Assembly: GCF_036321535.1 (NCBI RefSeq)
Contig: NC_087436.1
Span: forward strand, 70,682,001-70,746,000
DNA: 64,000 bases
Reading direction: 5' to 3'
From: Camelus dromedarius
Lineage: Eukaryota
Position numbers and translations under genes: made by a program. Below the pieces are notes generated by a model. That model saw only the letters and a list, made by a program, of their open reading frames with translations. It searched no databases and was not told where the DNA came from. This document shows, piece by piece, positions 40,416-54,025 of this stretch (positions are counted from its first letter, which is position 1; every line of letters starts with the position of its first letter).

Positions 40416-41565
40416 GTAGGTTAAGTCAGAGGAAGATGGCTCCACAGAACACATTATGCACACATCTGCACGTGGTTCAGCAGGAAGTGGGCAGGCGGGA
40501 AGGAGAACGGGCTGGTGATGAATGATTTCTTCCTGTACTTGCTCTTCGAGAGAGGACTGAGTTTTCATTAGAAAGAGGGGCTTCAGTAATTTCTTGAGTT
40601 CCCTTCTTACGTTACATACATCTCCTTTGATTAACAGAAGGCTAAAAGATGCAAAGTGAAAACACAAACAGATCATTCACTTTCTTCAGTCCCTGCAGGG
40701 CATTTTGGTGCTGTGGTATACACTCTGTCACCATCATATATAAAAATCAAACCCTTTAATTTTTCAGCTGTATTGAGACTTTCTTGAGTCTGCTTATGAC
40801 TTTCAAGATTCCATGAAAGGAAAGCAAGTCTGATTTTCCAGTTCATTTTCTGTCCCATAAGCACTGAGAAACCTTGACCTCCAGCTGTTAAATCTGGGAA
40901 GCCCTGAAAGGCTCTTAAGAGACCTTTATACTCTGTTGTGTATGTTTTGCAGCAAACTCTGCTCCTCAGTGCTCGGGTGAATAGCTCACACGACAGAGCC
41001 TTCATTTCCCACGCCACAACACTGGGTGATTCTTTCTTGGAGACTGGGAAGAAGGGTGGTGTATGGGAATCATTTTTGTTAAAAAGTACTTTTGTTGTTG
41101 CAGATTTGGAAATTAGACTGATAGGATTTATTGCACTTATGAAATTTTTCTGAGCTGTTTTGTTAATTAGCATGTGGGACAGTGTAATCACCATCTCCCA
41201 TGAAAGAAGGTGTAATTACACAACAGTACAAGTTGTTTAAAAATAAGTGTTTTACATAGGCCAGTAATTGATGGGCCCAGAGCAAGTGATGTTTTCTCTC
41301 TTAATTCTAAAAGGACAGAGGATTTAGCAGAATCACTTTTTACTTGATGAATTCAAATCACATACTGCAATAATGTTAAGAGAATTTTATAGTTCTGTTA
41401 GGCCTATATGCTGTCCTTAAGGTATTAATTACATATATGTCCACACCTTTGCTGATTTAGCCAAGCCTTGATTCGGTCAACGTATAGTCTTTTTTGAAGG
41501 TGAAAAGACAAGAGCGTGTTTATGAAAACAAGAGGTAGAATGGTAATCTTTTGATTTGGTTTCAG

Positions 41566-41638
41566 GGAACAAAGAGTCACTGGAACCCTTGTGTTTATTC
41601 TGACTGGTCTGTCAGTTTTTATGGCTCCCATCTTGAAG
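41566..41638 (+). CDS. SLC4A4: SLC4A4 coding exon (73 nt): (R)[24 protein letters not shown]
   Basis: ggtttcag|G GAA CAA AGA...AAG|gtaaat; first base completes the Arg codon from the previous exon. Confidence 0.97.
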
Positions 41639-41835
41639 GTAAATATGTGAAATACTCGTCTCTTTTTCCTTCTCAGAGCACTGGCAGATAATTGGGTGTG
41701 TGAAGAGCAGACTTCCTTAAGAACTGTCTGAGATTCTCAGCCACTTCCACAACACACTATATGAAGCAGGAGTTAGGTAGAATGAAGACGTTTAAAAAAT
41801 GTGTCTTCCTTTCCTTCTTATTCCTTTACCCCTTC

Positions 41836-41908
41836 TATTATTATTACTATTACTATTATTAGTAGTATCATTATTTTTATTACTACTACTACTATTATTA
41901 TTATTATT
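41836..41908. repeat. Imperfect (ATT/ACT)n trinucleotide microsatellite
   Basis: tattattattactattactattatt...tactactactactattattattattatt. Confidence 0.9.
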
Positions 41909-41915
41909 GCAGTTA

Positions 41916-41994
41916 TTTGGTTGAACCATATTAAATTACCAGTATTCCAATTTTTTGACCTATGCATATGGCAGTTTCATACAGTTCAATATAA
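41916..41994. mobile_element. MADE2-like mariner MITE (~80-bp palindrome)
   Basis: ggttgaaccatattaaattacca ... tggcagtttcatacagttcaa imperfect terminal inverted repeats. Confidence 0.75.
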
Positions 41995-44900
41995 CTAACT
42001 GATCTGCACTTTCCACTACCTTTTTTGCTCTCCTTGTCTCCCTACATCCTTTTTTCCCATCACTTCGCATTTACCTGTCCCTGCATCCTGTCCTCCGTCC
42101 CCACGTTAGACTCCTGGATAATGCGAATGACTCAGGGCAATCATTTTGTCATTGTTCTGTTATTCTTAAGTATTGTTGACTGTGTTTCTCTCTTCTTTGC
42201 ATCAGAAGGCCTCATGTTCACAGAGAAAAGAGAGTGAAATTACTGACTTAGAACTAGAAAACTTTAGAAATGAACTTTTGAAGAAGAAAAATGATACATT
42301 ATTTAAAAAGTTAGGAGTCAATATATAGGTTTGATTGAGGGGGTGAATATCTGTTTAATAGATAAATATAAATCATATATGAAAGCCTATTGAGAAGTAG
42401 AGATAGGACTAAAAAAGGTTAATGTCTATCTGCCATGAAGCTTCCAATTTTCTCTTGTGGCAAATGTTTTATTATTTTTTTCTGATATAAACAATACTAG
42501 CCAATTATTGATAATTTGTATCTTCTGCTTTGCCCCATGGTACAAAGCATGAATCTCATACAGACCTAACAGCTATAAACAACAAATGTTAGCAATATCC
42601 TTCCAAATTTTTCTCTGAAAATGTGTATTTTTAAACCATTCTAATTTTTTAGAAGATTTTCAAAATGCTTGTTTAGTTACACAAGTAATGGAGCAGTACA
42701 TTCTCGGAAAAAATTCAAACAATGCGAAAAATACAGTGAAAGGCAAAAGCCCTTCATTTCTTTTCAGTTAACACATTTGTATGTCAATTGCCAGTCAGAT
42801 GAATTTGTGGAAAGTAGAATTGTAATTTCTTAACTTCTAGCTAGGACTGACTTTGCCTTAAGAGTACACATTATGCACAAAAGACTTTGTAAACAGTTAA
42901 AAGATTTAAATGTTCAGCTTCTGTCCTCACTTTCCACAATGCCAATTCACTGGTTTAATTAATTTCTGACCAGAATTATGAAGAAATACGCACCTCATGT
43001 AACACATAGGGAAGTAAAATGAAACGTTACCGCAGGAATTTGTCTCTGGTTCATACAGAGGACCTTAAAAAGGAATAGATTTTATGTTCTGTGGGGACAG
43101 AGGGAAATCTATTGTCACTTTTGCCAGTGCAGAGCAAGTTGTAGGGTAGGTTTAAAATTGTTGTGAATTTCATAGCATCAGATCCCCTGCCAAAATGCTC
43201 TGTGTTCCTCTGTTGCCTCATAGACACCAGCCCATCAGCTGGTGGAAAAGTCTGATGGCAGCTTTTGACAGCGTACGCAATGGGACCTCGTCTGGACAGA
43301 CCAACTTTTAGAGAGGTCATTGTAGGTAATCATGACCTCATGTTGTGGGAGGCTCTACTAGGAAGGAATTTGCCCCTGGGACCCCTGAAGGTGGACTCAC
43401 ATGACACAAGTGCAGGGTTTCTTTTACAGGATCTCTTAGTGCGGAGCCACTAGTAAGGGATACATAGAAATCTCCCCATCAGTTCACATGTACTCATCAC
43501 CATCCACCTTTTTTTCCCTTTTATTATTGGGTTATTTTCTTTTCACTAGTACAGTATAAAATCCTAATTCAAAAAAGCCAGATATGTTTAAAAATTCTTT
43601 TTTTCTTGGTTTGTTACAGCAAGTTGGCTTTAATCTTGGAGAATCTGTCAGCTGAGTAATCATGCGTGATTCCAAAGGGACACAGAGAACAGCCACTGTA
43701 TAAACTGCTATTTTTAGGAAGAGAGGCAAGGCCTCTTCCCAACTCTTTTCTCACCCAAATATGGCTGCAGAGGAGTTAAAGCTGAAAGCACTTTTGTTCT
43801 TCATTTTACGGGGATTCTTTTTGCCCCGATATACAAAGCTCGTTAGTATCTACAGGAACAGACTACAATACAGAGAAAGGAGAGAGACAGTTGTAAGGGG
43901 TCAGTGAGCGTGAGCTTGGTTTTCCTTTGACCTTCCTTAAGTTGTCATGTGCTGGCTCTCATCACTCAGTTACCAGGGTCCATAATTGTGGCTGTTTCCA
44001 CCTGGCAGCTTTGGGTCAGTGCAGAAAGTCAGTGTGCATCGTAAGAAGCAGTGAAAAAGGGCGTTTGGCAGACATTTTTGCTAGGCAAGGTTTTGCCTCA
44101 AATGTAGGAAATGAAATTGCTTTGTTAATGTAGTTTCCAACGTATTGTGGGAAATGTAGATTTGAAAGCAACAAGGATGAAGCAGTCTAGCATTGACGAT
44201 TGTTGTTCCTTGCTTCGGTGAGTGACGCTATTCCTAACTTTAGGAATCATATCTGAAAAAGTCAGCCAATTTGAGACCATGTGCCCTTCTTAGCATGGAA
44301 CTTGGTATTCACTAATGAACTTGGGTGATGTGCATTCACTGCAGAACCCTTGTTAGCTCATTTGAAAAGTCAGAACAGGAAGAAGCAGATGTTGAGGGTA
44401 CAGTTTAATGAAAACCTAAGTCACAACTGAGCTAAAGTCAAGATTAACAATTAATCTCAGAATTCGCACGGAAAGTGGTGTCAGCAGTTACCTTGGAGGC
44501 GGGAACTTTGTTCCCTCCACTCTGTGACTATGTGTGTTTTAAAGAAACAGATGACACCTTTTGGGAATAGCTTTACTAAAAAGAGCTACCTTTGAAAGAC
44601 AGATCAAACAAATGGGATCAAGAGAAACGTGTGACTTTTTTAAATGAAACAGTTCAATACCTTCCCTCCCAACTCCTGCATCCCTCCCCGTTTGGTGGCT
44701 TCTGATGATGCTAGCTAACCATTTTCTCCCGTGTAGTGAGAAGTGCAGATCGTTGTTCCCTATGCCTACTTAGGCAGACTTGCTTTGAACGTGGTGTTTA
44801 TGACCTCTGTCTTGGTCTCCCTGCCGAAGGGAAGAATGTAAGGAATTATGGTGTACTAGTTTCAAGTTCAGGAGGATACCCCTCGACCTTGGCCAGCGAC

Positions 44901-45384
44901 AGTCAGGCATGCCTCAGATCTCACCGTTGATTCAGTACAGCCCTGTTGGGAAGCGGGTCTAGCTGGTTTCCCAGGCTGGCTCAACAGTTTAGATCTGTGT
45001 TTCTGCAGTGGAAACATTGCCTGTTAAGCTAGTGTTCTGTATGGGGGGACTCGGGGAAACTAAAGGGCAGCAAAAAAGATGAAAGGCAGTTCCTGGAGCT
45101 TGCTTTTTCCATTCTTCTGGCAAGCCTAAAGAAACAAAGATCAAGAAGAATTCACTGCCACGTCTGTTGCCTCTGCTTGAATTAGTTTATCTTTAACATC
45201 AGGAATGGCCAACATTTATCTTTCAGATTTGTTCAGTGTTCTAAAATGTGGAAGATAGCCTTTAATTTGTAAATTTGACAAATGTTTCTTGAGCTCCTGC
45301 TGTATGCCACCCCCTCTGGTCAGTAACAGGGAAACAAGGAGACATGGTAATGAAGGTGATGATGGTGATGAAGATGATGGAACA

Positions 45385-45600
45385 GTAGCTCCTATTTATT
45401 GAGCTTGGCATTGGACCAAGAGCTTTACACAGGTTTTTAAAATTTAGTACTCCAAAAACACCTACAAAAACATACTTATGATTAATACCTATTTTACAGA
45501 TAAAAAATTGATGAGTAACTTGCCAGGTTACAGAGTTCTTAAATGGTTGAGCCAAAATTCGAACCCAGGCAGTTCTGACCCCAAAGCCTGATCAGCCATC
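45385..45600 (-). mobile_element. MIR SINE
   Basis: tatttattgagc...cctattttacagataaaaaattga...gtaacttgccaggttacag...ttcgaacccaggcag. Confidence 0.75.
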
Positions 45601-46689
45601 ATGGTTTACCACCTTTTAGAATAAAAGAGCATTTGCCCTTAATGAACTTAATCACTTTTATTTCCCATGTGATGATCTTCCCCAGCTTCTTTGATCTAAT
45701 ATCCAGTTCTCTTACGTAGCGAGAAATACGGCATTTTCACAGACTCATCATACCTTGATGAGCTCCACAGTTTCTTCAACAAGTAGGGACCAGATTGCAA
45801 GTCAGCAGCTTCCCGGTGCTGATTTTTAAGGCTTAAGGGCTTTAGACTATTATTCTCATAGTTGAAAGGGCAATATTATAGAGCCTAAATAAAACTAAGC
45901 CTTCAGGTATGACCTTTGTAGCACCCTCCTGGCCTAAACTGCCACCCCCCAAGCCCCCCACAGATGGGCCAGAGAAAGTTGTGCTGTGCACCTGTAGTTT
46001 TCTTGACTTGCCTGCCACTAGAGGTCCTGATGATAATAATGACATCAGTGCCGCACCATGTATCATTGAGTGAGTATCTTTTATGAGCCAGGCCCTGAAC
46101 TGAGTGCTTGTGCCCTGTAATCTTTGTCATAAGCACTATGAGAAGACTGAGGGTAGGGAAGTTGATATTTCCTTTGGGCTCCACAATATGCAGAACCAGA
46201 GTTGGAACCCAGGTATGTCTAACTTCTATGCCCATGCTCTTAATCAGGACCTCATTCTGGGTTTTATATGCACAGACATACACACACACAGAAACACACA
46301 GACACACATTGACTATGATTCTACTGGAAGACCTCACTCTGGTGGACAACTACAGTCTACCTTTTTTAGGTTAAATTTACCCTTCTTACACTTTTCTCCT
46401 GTGAGGATATTCTAACACTATCAGAAAATCAAAGGGAGGGATTAAGTTGAAAAAGAATGGAACTATATTCACCAGAATTTGAAAAATTTGGTAACATAGT
46501 TTGAATATGTTAAATCTTCAATGACCTCAATTTCGTGATTCTATCTGGTTGCAGGATCAAGCACTTAATTTTTTTCATTTTTAATGTTTATTAAAAGCAT
46601 TGCAATATTTATAATTATGCTTTTTGGCTTTCTGGGCACATTGGATTACTTAAATAATTTTTGCGTAATTTTATCATTTGGCAATTCTT

Positions 46690-46812
46690 TATTTATTTTT
46701 TATTTTTATTTTTTAATTGAGGTATAGTCAGTTTACAATGTTGTGTCCATTTCTGGTATACGGCACAATGCTTCAGTCATACATGAACAGACATATATTC
46801 ATTTTCATGTTC
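46690..46812 (-). mobile_element. Very short L1 3' tail with 16-bp TSD
   Basis: (tttat)n tail + aattgaggtatagtcagtttacaatg...; TSD tcatttggcaattctt (46674-46689) / tcattttgcaattctt (46813-46828). Confidence 0.85.
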
Positions 46813-49181
46813 TCATTTTGCAATTCTTGATAAGCCTATGTACCTAGTATACCTTGTGCTTTTTATGCTTTAAATTCTCCTGCCTGGCTTCATAAAAATG
46901 TCTACCTGCCATTACTATGTATATTATCCTAGTTTAACTTAAAATGGGATCCTGTGTTTTTAAAATATATTCTTCTTCCTTTGGGAAAATGTCTGTTATG
47001 ATGAATTTTTAAGGATTGACCTGATATGACTCCTGAACGAAATCCAATAAAAAATATCCTCTAATCCAGTAATTCTGTTACATTTCATCCAGATTTCCAA
47101 ACTGGAAGATTTTTTATTGAGACACTATACTATCATAAAGAAGAGGGTGAATTTCATAAGACATTTGTATGAGATTGAAATTGGCTAAAAATCAAGTGAA
47201 TAGCCTTCTTTTATATGTACTCTTTTTGCCAAAGAATAACTTTTTAAAAACATAAACATATCTGCAGTTCTTTTCCCACCCATACCCCATTCCTGGGTAA
47301 TGCTGCCGTCTGGTTTTATTTTGTGGTTAAATTTGGCAATATCTGTCATCCTAAGCTCAGAGAGAACAGATCTAGGCAGCAAGGCACAGAGTGCCATCAC
47401 TCTGGCATTAGAACTACAGCAGAGAAAACATTTAGCTAAGCTTAGGTGAGGGGTGGGGATAAGGACCAGGATCATTTTTGTGATTACTGTCTTTCAAGAC
47501 AGAAAAACACTTTACTCAGATTGAAGAGTAACTACTGTGTGATTTCTAACTAGTTTTCCCTGAACTACACTTCTTTTTTCACCTTCCGCATTTCATGTCT
47601 TCCCAAGAAATTAGAAATGAAATAAGAAATCATCATAGAGTAAGGAAACATGGAAGTTGCCTTGTCCATAGAAGAAACTTTAAAAATTAAGAAATAAGTG
47701 AAAACTGTAAAATGGTCCCTTGGTGAGTTTCATTTTGTACTTTTTGGTAAATTTGTACAGAGGAATCATAAGGAGTGGAAACATACACATTCTAAAGGAA
47801 ATAAAGGCATGTGTCTGAACTCCAGTGGCTTGAACGTGATGCTTTCGCCTCTTTGTGGTGACCGTTGGGTATCATAGCGCACACGGCCTCCCTGCCACTC
47901 CCACTGTCCCTCCCACCCCCTTCAGTGTCATTTACATTGGTTCTGAGCTCAAGAGCAAGTTAGAGCTTTGTTAAAATTGTTAGTCTTTTTTAGAAGCAGT
48001 ATGTAATGTTTAATATAAATAAGTATATTTATTCCATATAAATTTAACTATTTTATAAGCTAGCCAATAACAATTGGAGGTGGTTGTGACACATTTGCGA
48101 ATTTACTGTTTCTCTGGTAGAGCTCAGGGCACTGAGATGCAGAACTGTTTTAGGTGATCACAAGGAAAGGCTGATAGAAATTGTGCTTCAGTTTCTTAAT
48201 ACATGTGATAGTTCTTTAAAAATTACTCTAAAGTCATACTGTTTTCTGGCTACAATAGCCTCCTTTGTGTAGATTTGGTAAGATTGGACTTAATTGATTG
48301 TGGTTTTAGTATTTGAGCTTTGAGAACTCCTGAACTTGAACTTCTTTTCAAAATCCAAGCTTGAGAACGTTTTTTTTTTTTTGTCCAGATAAAAGACTTC
48401 CCAGAAACAGAGTCATCCCTGATTTGCTTGGGGTCTGCAGTACTGGGGACATTTCAAACGTCTAGGAATGGACAAAACTTACCATCATCATACTGGAACT
48501 TCCCATTGTTGAAACACTTCGCATTAGTGCATAAGACTCTTGCTAATTAACATACGAAAATGTATTAATTCAGTTTTAAAAGATGTGTATTAATCCATGT
48601 ATATAATTAATTGCTTCCAGCTGCTCCAGGCTCCTTTTTAGCAGTGTTCTCATTAGTTAGTCCTCTTAATATTCCCAAGAGGAAGAAAGGGGACAGTCAT
48701 TTGGTGGTCACTTAATTGAAAGAGGCGTTTATACACCAAGCTGATACATCATTTGGTGAAAATTATTTAGGAAAAAATCAACAGATGTTTGGGAAGGAAC
48801 TTTGGTCTCAGGAGTGAGGCAACCCTCTACCTCTCTTTCTCCCTCCCAGTCCCTGCCAGCGACTGGTTTACATGGTCATTCCTTTTAAGGGGAAAGGGAA
48901 ACAAACTTTTCCCATTGAAAAAAAAAGTTATTTTTGAGGTCATGCATGCAAATTGTAAAGAAAAAAAAATTGAAAGTCTCCCTTATCCCCCTTTATGTCT
49001 TTCTAGTACAAAGGGTTTAGAAGTTTATCAGTGATGAGTAGAGAACACTAATTGGAGGTCACTGTATAATCAAGTGTATCTTTTAGTTTGACATTTAGCC
49101 TTTATTTAAACTATCCCTCTCTCTTACTGCTCTTATTAATATTGTTTTTAACCTTTCTCCAATTTTTTTTCAATTTCCTAG

Positions 49182-49250
49182 TTTATTCCCATGCCTGTAC
49201 TCTATGGCGTGTTCCTGTATATGGGGGTAGCATCTCTTAATGGTGTGCAG
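49182..49250 (+). CDS. SLC4A4: SLC4A4 coding exon (69 nt): [23 protein letters not shown]
   Basis: caatttcctag|TTT...CAG|gtaagt; SLC4 motif [14 protein letters not shown]. Confidence 0.97.
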
Positions 49251-51547
49251 GTAAGTCTTCCATTTCAATCTAAGCATAATTTCTAGTAGTACTAAAAAAC
49301 AGCCCAGTAAGAGATCATTGAAGAAAAGGGCTAATCCATAACTGCTGAGTTTTTAAAATACATTTTATTCTACTTTCTCCACCATTCATTCACCTGCGTT
49401 TCATTTCTGATTTAATTGACAAAGTTAGCTTGTGTTAACGAGTGTCATCATACATACCCAGCCTTGAAATAAGCTGTTAAAGGATATTTGACAAGGAAAG
49501 TGAGAGAGTCATCTGTGATCTTCCACCATCTCTTCCTCCCTCCCTCCCTTCCTTCCTTCCAAGAAGGAAATCTAACCTTCTCAGTGTGCTCGAGACAGTT
49601 TATCCATTTGCCTTTACCCTATACTAAGAACAGGCTCTTCTTACTTGATTTGCTTTTTGCACGGCTGAGATCATTAATCAAAAGTTTTGCACCAGTTAAA
49701 AAAAAAAAAGAATCCAGTCAGTGTGCTGTTGGTGTATGTGCTACTTTTGTCAAAAACTTCAGCTGTTCCCAACTCGGGTAAAACCGGCCCCCTCTAAAAA
49801 AATTCATTAGGGAAATCTTTGTAAGGGACTTTGTCTTTCAACTGAGGTTTAATTTAATTGGCACCAGGAAACTGGAAGTACTTCTGCTGCTTTCTGGCAC
49901 CTTGTTAACTGTAGCCTTATTTAGCACTTGGTGATGTTTTAATGGGAAAAGACTGCATGTTCTGTGAGCATTGTAAGAATTTATTTAAACTCCTTCATAA
50001 TAGTCCTTGCTTTCATTTATTGAATTTAGATTAATTTGGTTTTAGAGTCAGATAGAGCTGGGCAAGTGGCCAGACCCCCAAAAGAGAAAAGGCTATTTTA
50101 TTGTTCCTTGTTTAGGTCCATTGAGTTGAGTGCTTCATCACTTGGATGTTTATTATAAAATACAAGGTGGTTCTTCATAGATTGGACTAGATGAATGTGA
50201 ATATGGGTTTATTTGTGCCCATGAAACTTTGGGGAAGTATAAGTGTAAAAATATTTTATTTTTAACCTGAGATTGTAAATATTCTTTATTTCTTTAAATG
50301 GAAAAATATGAAACAAATATGGCCCCCAAACTAATAGTTCTTATTTTTGTTTTGTAAGTCAGTCTAGAACAGAAGGTTGATTTTGTATGTTGTAGGTGGG
50401 TAAATGATGGTTGGAGGTCAGTACACATTTGTTAAAATAAAGGAAAAAAATCAATGGTTTCGTAATAATGAGGGGAAAAAACTCCCTTGCCGAAGGGACA
50501 GCTAGTGGATTTCTTAAATTCCGCAGTGGTGTCGCCCTGTCACCTTTTCTCTTCGCTTTTCTCTTGACTCTCCCTCTTTTAGATCTTTCTGGCAAGATGT
50601 GATTTAGCAAAAATAATTGTTACCCTAGTCTCTATAAATGGGAGTGCTCCTACCAGGAGTTCTGGAGGGAGAAGGGAAACTTGTTAGACAGGAAGTCACT
50701 CCAGAGAAGACTGCCACTGGCAGTCTAGTTACTTTTCCTTTTCTCCCTTCTCTTCAGAAGGAAAGTAGAGATATTATTTAGAGTCCTTACTATGTAATTA
50801 TTCAATTCAACAGCTGTTTACTGAGCATCTTCCATCTGAAGGGTCTTCTGATAAGTACTTAAGTATCATCCTTATCAGCATCATTGATGTAAAGCCCGCA
50901 GTTACTCATTGAAGCACAGTACCTGGCACGTAGGTGCTTGACAGTCATTCCAGTATCTGTTTATAGATGATGGTGCAATAGCCTCTCCTAGATTCAGGTA
51001 TCTAGTTGTTGACACTCTGAAACTCACTGCAATGTTCATGTGGCTTTTCTTGGAAAAGAAATGGTAATTCATCGCTGAATGTATTTGTTGAGTTATGCCA
51101 TAGATAAATAATGTGGAATTTATGAAAATACCAGTGCGTTCCCATTTTCAAGTCAGATGCTTCCTTTGAAACATCCTTGAAATATAAATGATACATCATA
51201 TCTCCTCTTCTTCTAGATAAGGCAATCAAGGCCCAGTTAGACACATGAGTCAGATGTCTTCCTTCAGCATCTCATTACTAGCTGAGACCTTATTCTTCAG
51301 TGGCCACTTTATCTCATATAACTGCATAGCATTCCTGCCAAAGTAGTAACAGAAGTTGGAAGACTTGTGCTATGTCTTACTGTGTTAGACTGTATTTCTG
51401 ACTCCCCGCCCAGTGCCCTCTAAAAGGGGCACCACTTGCCTGAATGCTGGATGACAAATCACCAGTGGTTCATTAGACTAAAGAAGTGACTTGGTGCATC
51501 AGCTCTTGAAGTAATGTACTTGTGCTCTGCTCCCCTTTCCTCCCCAG

Positions 51548-51721
51548 TTCATGGATCGTCTCAAGCTGCTTCTGATGCCCCTGAAGCATCAGCCAGACTT
51601 CATCTACCTGCGCCACGTGCCCCTGCGCAGAGTCCACCTGTTCACTTTCCTGCAGGTGTTGTGTCTCGCCCTGCTCTGGATCCTCAAGTCGACTGTGGCT
51701 GCTATCATTTTTCCGGTCATG
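51548..51721 (+). CDS. SLC4A4: SLC4A4 coding exon (174 nt): [58 protein letters not shown]
   Basis: cctttcctccccag|TTC...ATG|gtaggg; matches ORF 51551..51814. Confidence 0.98.
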
Positions 51722-53139
51722 GTAGGGGTTATTTTAATTGCACCTACCCATGAAGTCACACCCGTGTCGTGTAGTTATGGGGATGTTGACGACACATGTG
51801 TCTTTCACAAGTAGTTCCAGTTATTTTCCAGCTTTGACCTAACCACTTGGGTCAGCTGTAATTTAAGGTTCCCATGTCTGTGTTTGCCTCGGCTGGACCT
51901 TGGAGTCAGACAGCTGAGTTCAGATCCTGGCTCTGGTTCGTGCTGATCAGTGAACCTCCCCAAGCACCCCATTTAACTCATCAGCAAAACGAGGGAGGTA
52001 TCTTTGTTTTTATTCTGAGCATCAATAGTGAATATAGAGTGGAGAGCCCAGTGCCTGACACGCAGTAGACACAAGTGCACATGACGTTAGCTATTTTTAA
52101 AATATTGCTGTACACTGGGATCAACTTGGCTAACAGACTCCAGCGCATTTCAGGCCAAAGAGCAGAGGACCAGCGTAGAGGTTCACAAGAGATCAACCAA
52201 TGAATTAGAAGAAACGGAGAGAGAAGTTCAGTTTTGGAAATTCTCCTAGTTTGTATCATGCTAAGTTTGAGTCTGGACTCTCTCTCCCTGCCATGATATG
52301 ATGAGGAGCAAGGTGAAACGACTAACATTCCACTCTGAATACTCACAAGAGAAAGAAGGGCAAAAGGAAATGCTAGCTCTGTATTTGGCTTCATCATTGA
52401 GTTTTACACTTGACCATAGCTTTACACTTTTTGCGAGAAAATACACCTGCATATGCTTGACACAAAGTCGGCCTCAGGTCTGGCTCTGTCTCCCCTGTAG
52501 CTTTGGAAACAAAATTTTCATATACAAACCATATTTTTTTTAATAAAAATCTTCTTCCTCTTAGCTAGAATTATTATTCCGTTTTATGTATATTGGTTAC
52601 TTGTAATGGTTTTTCCTCCAGGAAAGCAGAGGAAAATGGTGTGAAATATTAGTGTTATTTGTAGAGTCAGATTCTTATTTTTCATGATCCCTTATATCTT
52701 TTCAAAAAAAAAATCTTAACTTACTGGAAAGCACACTGAGGATAAGAAAAGGCTTCCATTTGCTTATTAGTATCATCTGCCTGTGAGTTTTGCTGAAGCC
52801 AGGAAAAGCAGCATTAGACCCAGATAAATCTGAAATGTATCCAGTAAATCACTTACTGCCTGTGCTAAATAATGATAAAAATATTTTACCTTTATAAGGT
52901 ATTTTTCATCTTTCAGAGCTTTTATTTGATCACAGAGCAGTTGTGTAATATCAGTAGTGCAGAATGTTATTAATTTCTCAGAGAGATGAAGAAGCTGACG
53001 TAAAGAGCATGACATGGATAAAGACAACTGCTTGCCGTGCGCAGGGCCAGGGCTTCCGTGTCCTACCGCATGCTAATTTACTGTTGAGCGAAGACATCTT
53101 TAATACACCTTCAAGAGCAATTCATAAACTCAGAGATAC

Positions 53140-53360
53140 AGAGTTTAAGAGTTCTGGGTTAGAGTTGGAAAGCTCGGACCCTTTGTATCCTTCCTTTATC
53201 TGGCTTCATCATCTTGGATAACATACTTAAGTCTTTAAGCTTCAGTTTCCTCAGCTGTAAGGTAGAGATACTAACATCTAACCCTTGAGTTTGTTGTGGG
53301 AATAAATGAGAAAATATTGCCTAAGAGTTTAGCGCAGCATCTGATGCAGGGTAAGTGTTG
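53140..53360 (+). mobile_element. MIR SINE
   Basis: gtttaagagttctggg...cttcagtttcctcagctgtaagg...gttgtgggaataaatgagaaaat. Confidence 0.75.
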
Positions 53361-53863
53361 AAGTTGCCCCAGTAGATGAAATGGTCTATGCATACTCAGG
53401 TCCTCCCTCGTTATCAATACTTTGAAGATGTCTTGGTGTACCGTGTGTTGTATGGATGTTCTTGACTTTCAAAAACCCATATAATGTTTTAATTTTGAAT
53501 AATTAGAAATCATTTACAGGCTGTTTTTTCCCTTTAAACTTTTAGTTATTTTACTAAAAATCTGACATGGAAGAAAATGGTTTAAAAAATAACCCTTTCA
53601 CCTAGGAATTCTAAGTGAAAGGATCATACAACTGAAATTAGTGAACAAAAGTGCGTTCCATGTAAAACTTCTATGAACCCAGTTTCCTCTTGAAGAAAAT
53701 GTTTCTGGTCCACTTCATGGAAGTTCGTGCAAGCGAGGTGCGTTCTGTCGTACTCTAGCTTTGTACAAAACAGGCTTCTACTGCCTCTGCTAGGGCAGTT
53801 CTGATACTCGCTGTGACGTCTCCGACATGCATTCTTTCACACGTTTTATATTTATCTTTCCAG

Positions 53864-54025
53864 ATCTTGGCACTTGTAGCTGTCAGAAAAGGCATGGACT
53901 ACCTCTTCTCCCAGCACGACCTCAGCTTCCTCGATGATGTCATTCCAGAAAAGGATAAGAAAAAGAAGGAGGACGAGAAGAAAAAGAAAAAGAAGAAAGG
54001 AAGTCTGGACAGTGACAATGACGAT
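53864..54025 (+). CDS. SLC4A4: SLC4A4 coding exon (162 nt): [54 protein letters not shown]
   Basis: atctttccag|ATC...GAT|gtaagg; Lys-rich cytoplasmic tail with KKGS PKA-type site. Confidence 0.98.

Noticed and set aside
40673..41194. Longest ORF in the track (173 aa, minus strand), and other 60-150 aa ORFs
   Set aside because: No recognisable domain or splice context; intronic, antisense to exons or repeat-derived, as expected by chance in 64 kb.
25301..54025. Assignment to paralogues SLC4A5/7/8/10
   Set aside because: The tails [26 protein letters not shown] and ..GTETTL are characteristic of NBCe1.
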